DNA of 64,000 bases from Vulcanimicrobiales bacterium. GTDB lineage: Bacteria; Vulcanimicrobiota; Vulcanimicrobiia; Vulcanimicrobiales; Vulcanimicrobiaceae. The position numbers were made by a program, and so were the translations under genes. Location: positions 32,001-96,000 of the forward strand of contig JBBQQR010000004.1 in the NCBI GenBank assembly GCA_038215615.1, given 5' to 3'. Of this stretch, positions 18,144-27,670 are shown piece by piece. The notes under the pieces were generated by a model. That model was not told the origin of the DNA, made no database searches, and saw only the letters and a list, made by a program, of their open reading frames with translations. Within the stretch, counting starts at the first letter, position 1, and each line of letters starts with the position of its first letter.

Positions 18144-19015
18144 AACGCTCGCTGTTCGTTGCCGGCGCCGGCGCGGCAGCGCTGTGGCCGAAGCACGCGT
18201 CCGCCCGGTCATTCGACGATCTCATGCGTGCGGCCATCGATCGCATTCCGGCGACGGTCGGCGTCTACGCGCGAACGATGGCTCCCGGCGCTCCGGTAGC
18301 GGCCTACAACGCCGGTCTGTCTTTTCCGAGCGCATCCACAATCAAAGTGCTGATCATGCTGACGGCGTTCCGGCTGGCGGAACGCGATCCGTCGGTCATG
18401 AGCAAAGTCATCACGTTCCGCAACGCCGATTTCATCGGCGGCTCGGACTTTCTGGCGCACGCTTCGAACGGCGACCGCTTCACCGTGCACGAGCTCATCG
18501 TGCCGATGATTGCGGTCAGCGACAACACGGCTGCAAACATGCTGATCACGCATTTCGGATTCGACGCGATCAACGCAAGCGCGCAAGCGGCCCGCCTGAC
18601 ACACACGCACCTGCGCCGTCATTTTCTAGATACGCCCGCGATTCTCAAACATCACGACAACCGCACCACGCCGCAAGACATGGCGAGCCTGCTCTTCCAG
18701 CTGGAACGCGGCACGCGCGAAGCAGTCCGCACGGTTGCATCGCCCGAATCGTGCCGGGCGATGATCCAGATCATGCTCGGACAAACCGATCGCGACAAAA
18801 TTCCCGCGGGCATTCCGCACGGCGTCGCGGTGGCGAACAAGACGGGCGAACTGACCGGCACACGCGCCGACATTGCGATCGTCGATCCGTTCGGCAACTC
18901 TCCGTACGTGCTGGCGGTCTACACGATGAAACTCAACGATTGGAGCGGCGGCGCGTACGGCATCGCCGACATCTCCCGCCTGGTCTACCACAAGGTCGCG
19001 GGGACTATGCTATAG
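18140..19015 (+). CDS. Class A beta-lactamase-related serine hydrolase
   Basis: SxxK (STIK), SDN, KTG motifs; N-terminal export-like signal. Confidence 0.88.
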   Translation: MKRSLFVAGAGAAALWPKHASARSFDDLMRAAIDRIPATVGVYARTMAPGAPVAAYNAGLSFPSASTIKVLIMLTAFRLAERDPSVMSKVITFRNADFIGGSDFLAHASNGDRFTVHELIVPMIAVSDNTAANMLITHFGFDAINASAQAARLTHTHLRRHFLDTPAILKHHDNRTTPQDMASLLFQLERGTREAVRTVASPESCRAMIQIMLGQTDRDKIPAGIPHGVAVANKTGELTGTRADIAIVDPFGNSPYVLAVYTMKLNDWSGGAYGIADISRLVYHKVAGTML

Positions 19016-19496
19016 CTTCTATCGTCACTTTCGTCATCTTGTCGCCGCGGCGGATCCCGTCGAGCGTTTCGAATCCGTCGGTCAGTTGCCCGAAGACCGT
19101 GTACTGCTTGTCGAGAAAACGCGCGTCGCCCAAGCAGATGTAAAACTGAGAGCCGGCCGAGTCCGGCGACGATGCACGCGCCATCGCGACGGTGCCGCGC
19201 ACGTGCGGACGGTCGTTGAATTCCGCCTTCAAGTTGTAACCCGGGCCGCCGGTGCCATCGCCCTGCGGATCGCCGCCTTGAATCACAAAGCCCGGCTCGA
19301 CGCGGTGGAAAGCGGTGCCGTCGTAAAATCCGGCGCCGGCGAGTTTGATAAACGCGGCGCAATGCTGCGGCGCATCGTCGGGATAAAAAGAAAAGACCAT
19401 ATCGCCCTTGGGCGTGCTGATCCGCGCGACCGACGTGCGCGCTTGAGCGACCAATGTGCCGAGCTCTTCGCCCGTGGGTGCGGTTTGCGTTGCCAT
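19005..19496 (-). CDS. Cyclophilin-type peptidyl-prolyl isomerase
   Basis: FYDG..FHRV..GFVIQGGDP.G.G.GGPGY, MAR..PDSAGSQFYI, YTVFG. Confidence 0.95.
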   Translation of the reverse strand: MATQTAPTGEELGTLVAQARTSVARISTPKGDMVFSFYPDDAPQHCAAFIKLAGAGFYDGTAFHRVEPGFVIQGGDPQGDGTGGPGYNLKAEFNDRPHVRGTVAMARASSPDSAGSQFYICLGDARFLDKQYTVFGQLTDGFETLDGIRRGDKMTKVTIEAIA

Positions 19497-19769
19497 TTAG
19501 CGCGTTTTGTGCAGCGGGACTCCGAAGGCCTGGCCCTGCGCGAGGGCCGCGAGTTTTTCTCCGCGGCTCAGTTGCTTGAAGCGGGCCTCCAAACTCTTGG
19601 CGTGCGACGCATCGTCGGCTTGCATCCAGCCGACCAGACGCACGGGCAGGCGGGAGCGCGTGTATTTGGCGGCGCGGCCGTCGAGATGCAACTGCACCCT
19701 CCGGTCGAGGTTATCCGTCCAGCCGGTGTAGAGCGAGCCGTCCCGGCAAGAGAGAATGTAGACGAACAT
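19497..19769 (-). CDS. Small GIY-YIG nuclease (UPF0213/YazA-YhbQ family)
   Basis: FVYIL.C.DGSLYTG.T..L.RR...H..G.AAKYTRSRLP...E...K. Confidence 0.92.
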   Translation of the reverse strand: MFVYILSCRDGSLYTGWTDNLDRRVQLHLDGRAAKYTRSRLPVRLVGWMQADDASHAKSLEARFKQLSRGEKLAALAQGQAFGVPLHKTR

Positions 19770-19776
19770 ATTTTCG
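19763..19776. promoter_or_regulatory. Probable LexA box overlapping the GIY-YIG start codon
   Basis: CGAACATATTTTCG (minus strand CGAAAATATGTTCG), one mismatch from CGAAC-N4-GTTCG. Confidence 0.6.
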
Positions 19777-19789
19777 TGAAGGCACTTTC

Positions 19790-21124
19790 ATGAACGTTGC
19801 CCGCATTCTTTCCGTGAGCGCGATCCTCGCGCTGAGCGTTGCCTCCGCTTCCGCCAGGCCTGCCGTTGATCCACGCATCACAGCGATGGTCCAGGCGGTC
19901 TCCGCTTCGGACCTACGAGCGTATGACATGCGCCTGGTGGACTTTTACACACGCAACGATTTTTCGGAGGACATGAACTCGCCGACGAGGGGCGTCTTTG
20001 CGGCACGCGACTGGATCAAAGCGCAGTTCGACGCTGCGGCGGCAAAGAGCGGCGGACGAATGACAGTTGCCCTCGATACCTATCTGCAAGACAAGACGCC
20101 GCGCACGCCACGTGCCGTCACTGAATCGAGCATCATCGCGACGCTGCGCGGCGACGAGCCGGGTCCGACGTATGTGATGTCCAGCCACTACGACGACTGC
20201 GACGGCGATTGTACCGACGGCCGTGGCTTCGCGCCCGGCGCCGACGATAACGGTTCGGGCGCTTCTGCCGTGATGGAAGCGGCCAAGGTTATGGCATCTG
20301 GGCAGTTTCACGGCACCATCATCTTTGCCGTCTTCGATGGTGAGGAACTCAATCTGTGGGGCTCCGATCATTTCGCGCGCGAGCTAAAAGCCGCCCAGAC
20401 GAACGTCATCGCGGATCTCAACAACGACATCATCGGTACCTCGAATGCTCCGGCCGGATCGCCCGACCGGCATACGGTCCGCGTCTTCAGCCAGGGCATT
20501 CCCGATGATGCGAAGGTCAGCGCCGTTGACGCAGCCGGTTCCGAAAACGACTCGCCGTCGCGCGAGATTGCGCGCTTCGTCAAGAATGTCTCCGAACAGT
20601 ACGTCGCTCCGATGACCGCGACGCTGATCTACCGCGCCGACCGGTTCCGCCGCGGCGGCGACCAGGAGTCGTTCACCGCGCAAGGTTTTCCGGCGATCCG
20701 CTTCGTCGAAATCCATGAAGTCTATCAGCATCAGCATCAAAACGTGCGCGTCGAAAATGGCGTGCAGTACGGCGACTTACCGCAATACAACGATTGGAAC
20801 TACCTCGCTAACGTCACGCGCATGAACGTCGCGGCGCTGGCGGCCCTCGCGCTCGGACCGGACCAGCCGGGCACGGCGCAGATCATGATCGATCGGCTAA
20901 CCAACGATTCGACGCTGCGCTGGAAACCAGCCGCGCGCGCAGCGAGCTATGAAATCGTCTGGCGCGACACAACCGCGCCGCTGTGGCAGCACGCAAAAAA
21001 CGTCGGCAACGTCACTCAAGCGACGGTCCCGGTTAGCAAAGACAACTACATTCTGGGCGTGCGTTCAGTGGACGCGAACGGATTAGTCAGCCCGGCAGTT
21101 TATCCGGCAGCGGTGCGGCAGTAG
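19790..21124 (+). CDS. Secreted M28 family metallopeptidase with a C-terminal FN3-like domain
   Basis: Signal peptide; SHYD, GADDNGSG, GEE..L.GS, NNDIIG, GGD..SF, HQH. Confidence 0.9.
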   Translation: MNVARILSVSAILALSVASASARPAVDPRITAMVQAVSASDLRAYDMRLVDFYTRNDFSEDMNSPTRGVFAARDWIKAQFDAAAAKSGGRMTVALDTYLQDKTPRTPRAVTESSIIATLRGDEPGPTYVMSSHYDDCDGDCTDGRGFAPGADDNGSGASAVMEAAKVMASGQFHGTIIFAVFDGEELNLWGSDHFARELKAAQTNVIADLNNDIIGTSNAPAGSPDRHTVRVFSQGIPDDAKVSAVDAAGSENDSPSREIARFVKNVSEQYVAPMTATLIYRADRFRRGGDQESFTAQGFPAIRFVEIHEVYQHQHQNVRVENGVQYGDLPQYNDWNYLANVTRMNVAALAALALGPDQPGTAQIMIDRLTNDSTLRWKPAARAASYEIVWRDTTAPLWQHAKNVGNVTQATVPVSKDNYILGVRSVDANGLVSPAVYPAAVRQ

Positions 21125-21162
21125 AAATTTCGGCCTCCACGGAAGCGAGCGAGAACGTCTTG

Positions 21163-21609
21163 CTATCTCGGAGGTGTGAATGAAGGCAGCATAAATGCGG
21201 CAGCTCGCTCAGCGCTCGATACGCTGTACGTCAAGTCGGAAAACGAGTAGGCCGGGAAGTAGTCGCCTTGCGTCATCGGGCGCGAGCGCACGTCGGTTAG
21301 GACGGTGTAACCGTTGGACGTCCGGCAGTTCCGTCGGGCGCAGCCAATGGCGTGCGCTGACGACCGAGAGGTCCTTGTAATCGATGACGAATGATTTTTC
21401 AGAAAGAAATTGGACGGCTTTCCGGCCAGCGGCCGGTACTCGTCGTAGCCCCACGCGATGTACTTATATCCGTGCCAGGCGTGCAAAAACTCATCGCGCA
21501 CCCGTGCCGCGATCGCTTTTGGCGATGGCATTGACGGGGAGAGCGCGGCGAGCTCTGTGGGCATCAGCGTCGCAGCTGCGGTCGTAGTGAGAAAACTGCG
21601 GCGTCTCAT
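21163..21609 (-). pseudogene. Deleted remnant of a Tat-exported GH47 alpha-1,2-mannosidase
   Basis: RRRSFL Tat signal; GH47 N-terminus (VRDEFLHAWHGYKYIAWGYDEYRPL) sits next to late-domain fragments (IDYKDLSV...WLRP in another frame; GYTVLTDV...GDYFPAYSF). Confidence 0.7.
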
Positions 21610-21639
21610 TACGGGCTCTCGGACAGGCTCACCATGACA

Positions 21640-22899
21640 CTATAGGCCAACCACGCCCGCTAACGAGTGGTCCATCGCGGCGAGCGTTTCGTCGACATCG
21701 GTCTGGGTGTGCGCGGTCGAAAGAAACATCACTTCGTTTTGCGAGGGCGGCAGCAAGATGCGGCGTTCGAGCATGGCGCGATAGTACGCTGCGTAACGTT
21801 CAGAATCGCTTCCGCGCGCGTCACCATAATTACTGACCGGCGGCCCGTTGAGGAACATGAAATCGACGATCGATTCGTATTGCACCACGCTGTAGAGGAG
21901 TTGGCGCCGCGCGAACATCTCGCGAATCCCAGCCGCGAGCCGTTGCGCCAACCCGCGCACGCGAGTGAAATATTCGGGATGCGCCTCGAGTTCGTCGAGC
22001 ACCCGGTGCGCGACCGCAATAGCAAACGGATTGCCCGCGTGGGTGCCGCCCGTAAAGACCGGCCCGTCCGGCGCGAGTACTCCCATCACGTCTTCGCGCC
22101 CGCCGAATGCCGCGATCGGAAACCCGCCGCCCAGCACCTTGCCGATCGCGGTGAGGTCGGGCTTTATGCCGTATGCCGCTTGTGCTCCGCCCATACCGGC
22201 GCGCGGCCACGTGATAATCTCATCGAAGACCAGCAGCGCGCCGGCATCATTCGCGCGCGCGCGCAAATCTTTCAAAAATTCCATGCGCGCCGGGACCAAG
22301 CCCATGTTCGCGCAGACCGGCTCGACGACGATCGCCGCAAGTTCGTGCTCGCGACCGCGCAGCACGCGCGTCACGCTTTCGCTCTCGTTGTACCGCGCGA
22401 CGGCGACGTCTTGCATCACGCCTGCGGGAATGCCGCTGCGTCCCGTCTCCGGCGTCTGCGCCGATGCGCCCGCGTCGAAAAGCGCAGCGTCGAAGTGTCC
22501 GTGGTAGTTTCCGGAAAATCGCACGATGAGGTTGCGGCGAGTGAAAGCGCGCGCCACGCGAATCGCACTCATCATCGCTTCGCTGCCGGTCGTCGTGAAA
22601 CGCACCCGTTCCATCGTGGGAATCCGTGCGCGGATGCGCTGCGCCAGCCGCTCTTCTTCGGCGTGCGTCGATCCGAAAAGGACGCCGCGCGCAGCGAGCT
22701 GGTCGAGCCCGGCCGTCAGCGCGGAATGGTTGTATCCGAAAAAAAGCGGGCCGTAGCCCATGATGTAGTCGATGTACCGTTCGCCGTTCTCATCAAACGC
22801 ATACGCGCCGTCGCCGCGGCTCTGTACGAACGGCTTTTCACCAACGGACCAGCCCGAGCGCACCGGCGAGCTGCATCCGCCCGCGAGCGTGTTTTGCAC
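21640..22899 (-). CDS. hemL: Glutamate-1-semialdehyde 2,1-aminomutase
   Basis: GG.SSPVR, YIDY..GYGP, SEAMMSAIRVAR, YHGH.D, EPV..NMG, FDEI, GKVLGGGFP, PPSQ.E. Confidence 0.9.
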   Translation of the reverse strand: MQNTLAGGCSSPVRSGWSVGEKPFVQSRGDGAYAFDENGERYIDYIMGYGPLFFGYNHSALTAGLDQLAARGVLFGSTHAEEERLAQRIRARIPTMERVRFTTTGSEAMMSAIRVARAFTRRNLIVRFSGNYHGHFDAALFDAGASAQTPETGRSGIPAGVMQDVAVARYNESESVTRVLRGREHELAAIVVEPVCANMGLVPARMEFLKDLRARANDAGALLVFDEIITWPRAGMGGAQAAYGIKPDLTAIGKVLGGGFPIAAFGGREDVMGVLAPDGPVFTGGTHAGNPFAIAVAHRVLDELEAHPEYFTRVRGLAQRLAAGIREMFARRQLLYSVVQYESIVDFMFLNGPPVSNYGDARGSDSERYAAYYRAMLERRILLPPSQNEVMFLSTAHTQTDVDETLAAMDHSLAGVVGL

Positions 22900-23748
22900 T
22901 TACACCTGCGCGAGGTGCTTCGAGAAAAACCCTTGGAGCTCGTTGAGCGCGCGTTCGACTTCGAACGGCAGGACGCGCGCACCGTCGGCGTGCGCTTGCG
23001 CGTTGCCGGCATAGCAGCGGTCGCCATACGCTGCCAGCGCAAACCGCGGGCGTCCCAGCTGCTTTGCAAAACGCATCGTGAGCATAGCGCCGCCGTCGGT
23101 TTCGCTGGCAATCAGCACGACCGCACGCGCGTGCGCCGCTTGCAGGCGGTCGCGATGCGCGAGTGTGGATTTCGTCGCGCCCTCCCCCGGAAGGCGCTCG
23201 CTCACAACCGCGCCGCCGTTGCCGACAATCTCCTCTTCCAGCGCGCGGTGCTCCGGCGGATAGGTTACGCCGAGTCCCGTTCCCACAAAAGCGACGGTCG
23301 GAATACCGGCATCGAGTGCGCCGCGATGCGCCGCGGCGTCGATTCCCAGAGCCAGACCGCTGACGATGGGCTCGCCGAGGCGGCCCGAAAACTCACGGGC
23401 AAACCGCCGCGCCTGTTCGGGCGGCGTGCGGGTGCCGATCACGGCCACGCCGCGGGCCGGTAGATTTCCACGCACGCTCAAGAACGCGGGCGGATCGTCC
23501 AGATCGCGCAAACTTTCGGGATAACGCGTGTCCGCGATCGTGACGAAAGATGCTCCCAAAGCAGCCAGCGTATGCGAAGCCTCGCGGGCCTGGCGCCGGG
23601 CGTGCGCAACGCGGCGACCCGAATCCGATTCCAGCCACTCCTTTAATGAGGAATCTTCCCCGCGCGCGAGCGACCGCAGGCGGCGCGATGGAACATGCAT
23701 GTAGGCCGCCGTAAGCAAGGCGAGCTGCTCGTGCGACATCTCTCGCAT
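22900..23748 (-). CDS. dprA: DNA-processing protein DprA/Smf
   Basis: YP..L..L.DPP, AVIGTR, VSGLALGIDAAAHRGAL, YPPEH, vSE. Confidence 0.88.
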   Translation of the reverse strand: MREMSHEQLALLTAAYMHVPSRRLRSLARGEDSSLKEWLESDSGRRVAHARRQAREASHTLAALGASFVTIADTRYPESLRDLDDPPAFLSVRGNLPARGVAVIGTRTPPEQARRFAREFSGRLGEPIVSGLALGIDAAAHRGALDAGIPTVAFVGTGLGVTYPPEHRALEEEIVGNGGAVVSERLPGEGATKSTLAHRDRLQAAHARAVVLIASETDGGAMLTMRFAKQLGRPRFALAAYGDRCYAGNAQAHADGARVLPFEVERALNELQGFFSKHLAQV

Positions 23749-23783
23749 AAGACCGGGGGCTTCGGAACGCGAACCCCCCGACC

Positions 23784-24881
23784 ATGCCGCACCTCGAAAT
23801 GGCGATCGGGCCGCAGAGTAACATCGCCGAATTGGTCCGTGATCTGCCTATCGCGGCCGAGGTTCTCGGCAAGTTCGGCCTGCACTGCGCCGGCTGCGGC
23901 GTCAACAAATACGAGACGATCGAGCAAGGTGCCAAAGCCCACGGCCTGCGGATAGAACCCATCATCGCCGCCCTCGTGCAGGCGCGGCTCTCGGGTTTTG
24001 TCCCGAGCATCAGCAACGAAGATCGCATTCCGCTGCGCCGCGCGCCGGGCGAATTCAAACGGCACGGCAAGATCGCGCACGTTGTGCCGATCATGTCGGG
24101 CAAAGGCGGCGTCGGTAAATCGCTGGTCACCGCGCTCATCGCGCTCGGGTTGCGCCGGCGGAATCTTCGCGTCGGTATTCTCGACGCCGACATCACCGGG
24201 CCGTCCATTCCAAAACTCTTTGGTCTGCGCACGCCGCTATTGCTCGAAGTCGATCCCAACGCTAAGGCCGCTCCGCAAGGCGGGAACGCGCCGCCGCTCA
24301 TGGTGCCCGCGCAATCGCGTACTGCAATCGAAATCGTCAGTTCGAATCTGCTCACCGATCAAGAAGACACCGCGATGATCTGGCGCGGTCCGATTCTCTC
24401 GGGCGTGATCAGGCAATTTTACGAGCAAGTGCTGTGGAGCGATCTGGACTATTTGCTGATCGATCTTCCGCCGGGAACCTCGGACGCACCGCTTACGATT
24501 TTACAGTCGCTCGCGATCGACGGCGTCATCCTGGTTACCATGCCGCAAGCGCTCGCGACGATGATCGTGCGTAAGGCGGCCAATCTGGTTCACCAGTTGA
24601 AGAAACCCATACTCGGCGTGGTCGAAAACATGTCGTACTTCATCGCGCCCGACACGGGAACCAAGTACGAAATCTTCGGGCCGTCCTACGCCGAGCGCGT
24701 GGCCGAACTCGCGAAGGCGCCGCTGCTCGCGCGCATTCCCATCGATCCGGAAAAGGCGCGGCTCGCCGACGAAGGGCGCGTCGAAGAGATCGACGATCCG
24801 ATCTGCGATCGGCTCGCCGGCGCGTTGCTGGACGCGATCGAAGCGCATCCCAAGCCGAAGGAAACGATCTCGATTATTTAG
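23784..24881 (+). CDS. mrp: Mrp/ApbC Fe-S carrier ATPase with an N-terminal DUF1858-like domain
   Basis: SGKGGVGKS, DADITGPS, WRGP, DLPPGTSD, ENMS; N-terminal FGLHCAGC...ETIEQGA..HG. Confidence 0.88.
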   Translation: MPHLEMAIGPQSNIAELVRDLPIAAEVLGKFGLHCAGCGVNKYETIEQGAKAHGLRIEPIIAALVQARLSGFVPSISNEDRIPLRRAPGEFKRHGKIAHVVPIMSGKGGVGKSLVTALIALGLRRRNLRVGILDADITGPSIPKLFGLRTPLLLEVDPNAKAAPQGGNAPPLMVPAQSRTAIEIVSSNLLTDQEDTAMIWRGPILSGVIRQFYEQVLWSDLDYLLIDLPPGTSDAPLTILQSLAIDGVILVTMPQALATMIVRKAANLVHQLKKPILGVVENMSYFIAPDTGTKYEIFGPSYAERVAELAKAPLLARIPIDPEKARLADEGRVEEIDDPICDRLAGALLDAIEAHPKPKETISII

Positions 24882-25087
24882 ACGCGCACGCGGCGCACGA
24901 TCGTGACCGGCTCTGGAATCGGATCGCCATCCTCGCGCATGCCATCCACATGGAGTTTGATCGCACCCCGAATGAGCGCTTCGGTTTCCGCTGCAGTTTT
25001 CGCAGCCGCTACGCATCCTGGAAGATCCGGGACGTAGGCACTGTAGCCGGTTCTCGATTTTTCAATAATGACCGAATATTCAAACAT
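24878..25087 (-). CDS. hicB: HicB-family antitoxin (short form, no DNA-binding domain)
   Basis: YSVIIEK...GYSAYVPDLPGCVA.......AI.LH.DGMREDG.PIP.P. Confidence 0.88.
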   Translation of the reverse strand: MFEYSVIIEKSRTGYSAYVPDLPGCVAAAKTAAETEALIRGAIKLHVDGMREDGDPIPEPVTIVRRVRV

Positions 25088-25176
25088 CGTGCTTGCCTTC
25101 TTCAATCGAGTGAGCCTGTCGCCTAATGGACTTCCAGGCCGGTCGACTCGGCTCCTCAGCTCCGCGCCCAGAGGAG

Positions 25177-26154
25177 CTAGGGGGTTTTTGCGGCTGAAGT
25201 GACCGCGTTAATGACCTGGGGCGCGACGGGCAATGTGGGATTTGTATAGCCGGCAATGATTGCGGCTCGACTCGAAACGTCGGGCGAAATCTTTAGTACG
25301 TGATTCATCCCCGGCACGACGACGAGGCTCGCGCTCCGATCGCCACTCTTGAGCGCTTGCGCATCCGCCATCGTCACCTGAACATCCGCGGTTCCTTGCA
25401 CGATTGTCGCCGGGATTTTCAGCTTCGCTATCTCTTTGGCGGGATCGTACTTGAACCACGAGATCAGGTAGGGCTGCAGCGAAGGGTGGAAAAGCGATTG
25501 GAGCTCGGCGGGCAGCGCGCCGGTGTAAATGGTTCCCGCATTCAGCTGCGCGATGATCGTGTCGGCTTGCGCCAAGAGCGCGGGTGTCAGCGCCGGACGC
25601 AGCTGCTCGCGTATGACCGTGGAAGCCGGGCGGCCGGCGCCCTCGAGCGAAACATAAGCCGCCACCGCGCCACGCTGTGCGGCAATCATCCCGATCAGCG
25701 AACCTTCGCTGTGGCCCGCGATGCTAATATGCGAAACCCGCCGGTCACGCGCGAGCAGGTCTACCCAGCCCGCCGCATCGTCGACGTAGGTATCAAAACG
25801 AAGATCTTTTTCAGCGGTCATCGCAGCGGCGCTCGCCGCAATGCCGCGCTTATCGAAACGGAGCGATGCAATGCCGCGCGACGCCAGCGCCGAGGCAAGA
25901 AGCTTCAACGCGTCGTTCTTCCCCGGGAGCAACGGGTTGTTGCCGTCGCGGTCGGTCGGGCCCGAACCCGCGATCAGCAGCACGACCGGCGACACTTTTG
26001 CACGTGCCGGCAACATGAGGGTTCCGAAGATCGATCCGGTTGCCGTATGCAACACCATATCTGATTCGGCCGCATAAGCGTGCAGCGGCAGCGCGCAAGC
26101 GGCGGCCGCGCCGCCTGTCATTGCAAGAAAGCTAGACCGGTCGATCTTCTGCAT
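25177..26154 (-). CDS. Exported alpha/beta hydrolase
   Basis: Tat-like RSSFL leader; IAGSGPTDRDGN, RFDKRG, GHSEG, QGTADVQV, MNHVLK. Confidence 0.88.
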   Translation of the reverse strand: MQKIDRSSFLAMTGGAAAACALPLHAYAAESDMVLHTATGSIFGTLMLPARAKVSPVVLLIAGSGPTDRDGNNPLLPGKNDALKLLASALASRGIASLRFDKRGIAASAAAMTAEKDLRFDTYVDDAAGWVDLLARDRRVSHISIAGHSEGSLIGMIAAQRGAVAAYVSLEGAGRPASTVIREQLRPALTPALLAQADTIIAQLNAGTIYTGALPAELQSLFHPSLQPYLISWFKYDPAKEIAKLKIPATIVQGTADVQVTMADAQALKSGDRSASLVVVPGMNHVLKISPDVSSRAAIIAGYTNPTLPVAPQVINAVTSAAKTP

Positions 26155-27670
26155 AAACGATCTCTCCGTCACGCCAAGTGGACAAAACGCGGCAGTCTGT
26201 AAACGGCGCGCCGTCAAGCGGATCGGCGTCGAGCATGACGAGATCCGCAGCGTATCCTTCGTCGAGCAGGCCCGTGCGCATTTCCGCGTGGCCCAGCCGC
26301 GCCGCATTGTAAGTGTACATCGTCAGGGCGGATTCGGGCGAAAGACGCTCGCCCTCCTCGTGATGCAAAGCCGCCGCTTGCATGCCCTGGAGAGGATCCA
26401 AGTCGCAGACCGGACTGTCGTCTCCGCCGCAGAGAACACCGCCGGCGCGTTCGATGCGGCGCAGCGCGTTCATGGAACGCATGCGCGGAGTTCCCAAACG
26501 CTGCTCGTACATTCCACCCGCTCCGCCCCAGAGCAAATCGAACTGCGGCTGCATCGAAAGGTAGATGCCCAGGCGCGCGCAGCGTTCGATATGATCGTCG
26601 CGCGCGATCTCGAAATGTTCGATGAAGTGCCGGCAGCCGCTTTCGCTGGGCCGTCCGTTCAAGACGCGCTCCCACGCGACAATCGCCTGTTCGATCGCGC
26701 GATCGCCGATGGCGTGCACGCCGGCAGAAATGCCCAGGACTTCCGCGGTCGAAAAATACTCAAACACTCGCGCGTCGGTGTAGCGAAGATCGCCGCAGCC
26801 GGTTTCTTTCCCATCGGAAAGAAACGGCCGGCTGACCGCCGCGCTGCAGCTGCCGATCGAGCCGTCCAAAAATACATCGCCGCCGATAAACGGCAAACCC
26901 AGCTCTTTGGCGAGCTGCGGATCGGGCTCGCAGATTTTCGGGTACCATTTCGCTCCTGGCAGATCGCGCAGCGCTGCGATCTCGGCTGCGTACTCCTCGC
27001 GCGCAAAACCGACGAACTGCGCGTGCAAATGGAGACAGCCGCGCGACAGAGCCAGCGCCGCCGCCCGCGATTCTGCCGCTCGCTTCGCCGCGTGCGGCAG
27101 GGCTGCCATAAACGCCGATTGCGCGCGCCAGTTGGCTTCGAGAAAAAGTTTTCCACTCGGCTGTCCGGCGGCATTTTTCTCAATGCCGGTCGTTTGTGCG
27201 GGCAGATTGAGCCACGCAAACGTCTTGCGGTTGACGACACACGAATGTCCGTCAATGCGAACCAGCATCGCAAACGTATCAGTAAATTCGACCTCAAGCG
27301 GCGCGGCATCCGCAGCGCGGCCATCGCTCCACGCGCTTTCGTCATACTGACCGGCGAGCACGTAGCTTTCGCGGGGTAGGCCGCGCACCGCAGCCGCAAA
27401 TTCGTTATATGACCGCACCGCGCCGAAGTGCCGGGCGCCGGTAAAATACCCGGTGTCGGTGAGATGCACGTGACAATCCGCGAAAGCCGGCAAGATCGTC
27501 GCGCCGCCCAGATCGATTGACGCAACGCCGGCCCCGGCATCGGCCGGTTCCAGCGAGACAATGCGGCCATTTTGCACTACGACGCCTTCGTGCCGGGAGT
27601 ACGTACGCGCGCGCGGATCGTAGCGGTAGGCGCGCGCGTTTTTTAAGACGAGGGCCGAGTCGAGAGCCAA
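26132..27670 (-). CDS. Amidohydrolase-3 (YtcJ-like) family metallohydrolase
   Basis: LPAFADCHVH, DGH, DGSIGS, HAIGDRAI, IEH, SMQPQF, D.PV, YTYNAA, ADLV.LD. Confidence 0.88.
   Translation of the reverse strand: MALDSALVLKNARAYRYDPRARTYSRHEGVVVQNGRIVSLEPADAGAGVASIDLGGATILPAFADCHVHLTDTGYFTGARHFGAVRSYNEFAAAVRGLPRESYVLAGQYDESAWSDGRAADAAPLEVEFTDTFAMLVRIDGHSCVVNRKTFAWLNLPAQTTGIEKNAAGQPSGKLFLEANWRAQSAFMAALPHAAKRAAESRAAALALSRGCLHLHAQFVGFAREEYAAEIAALRDLPGAKWYPKICEPDPQLAKELGLPFIGGDVFLDGSIGSCSAAVSRPFLSDGKETGCGDLRYTDARVFEYFSTAEVLGISAGVHAIGDRAIEQAIVAWERVLNGRPSESGCRHFIEHFEIARDDHIERCARLGIYLSMQPQFDLLWGGAGGMYEQRLGTPRMRSMNALRRIERAGGVLCGGDDSPVCDLDPLQGMQAAALHHEEGERLSPESALTMYTYNAARLGHAEMRTGLLDEGYAADLVMLDADPLDGAPFTDCRVLSTWRDGEIVYAEDRPV

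Noticed and set aside
18140..19015. True beta-lactam resistance gene
   Set aside because: SxxK/SDN/KTG are present, but the omega-loop ExxLN motif is not evident (RRHFLD), so it is more likely a PBP-A-like serine hydrolase
21667..23463. 598-aa plus-strand ORF and many other long antisense ORFs (e.g. 7652-8821, 39631-40785, 26288-27379)
   Set aside because: They mirror well-supported genes on the other strand, are Arg/Ala-rich with no motifs, and are expected in high-GC DNA
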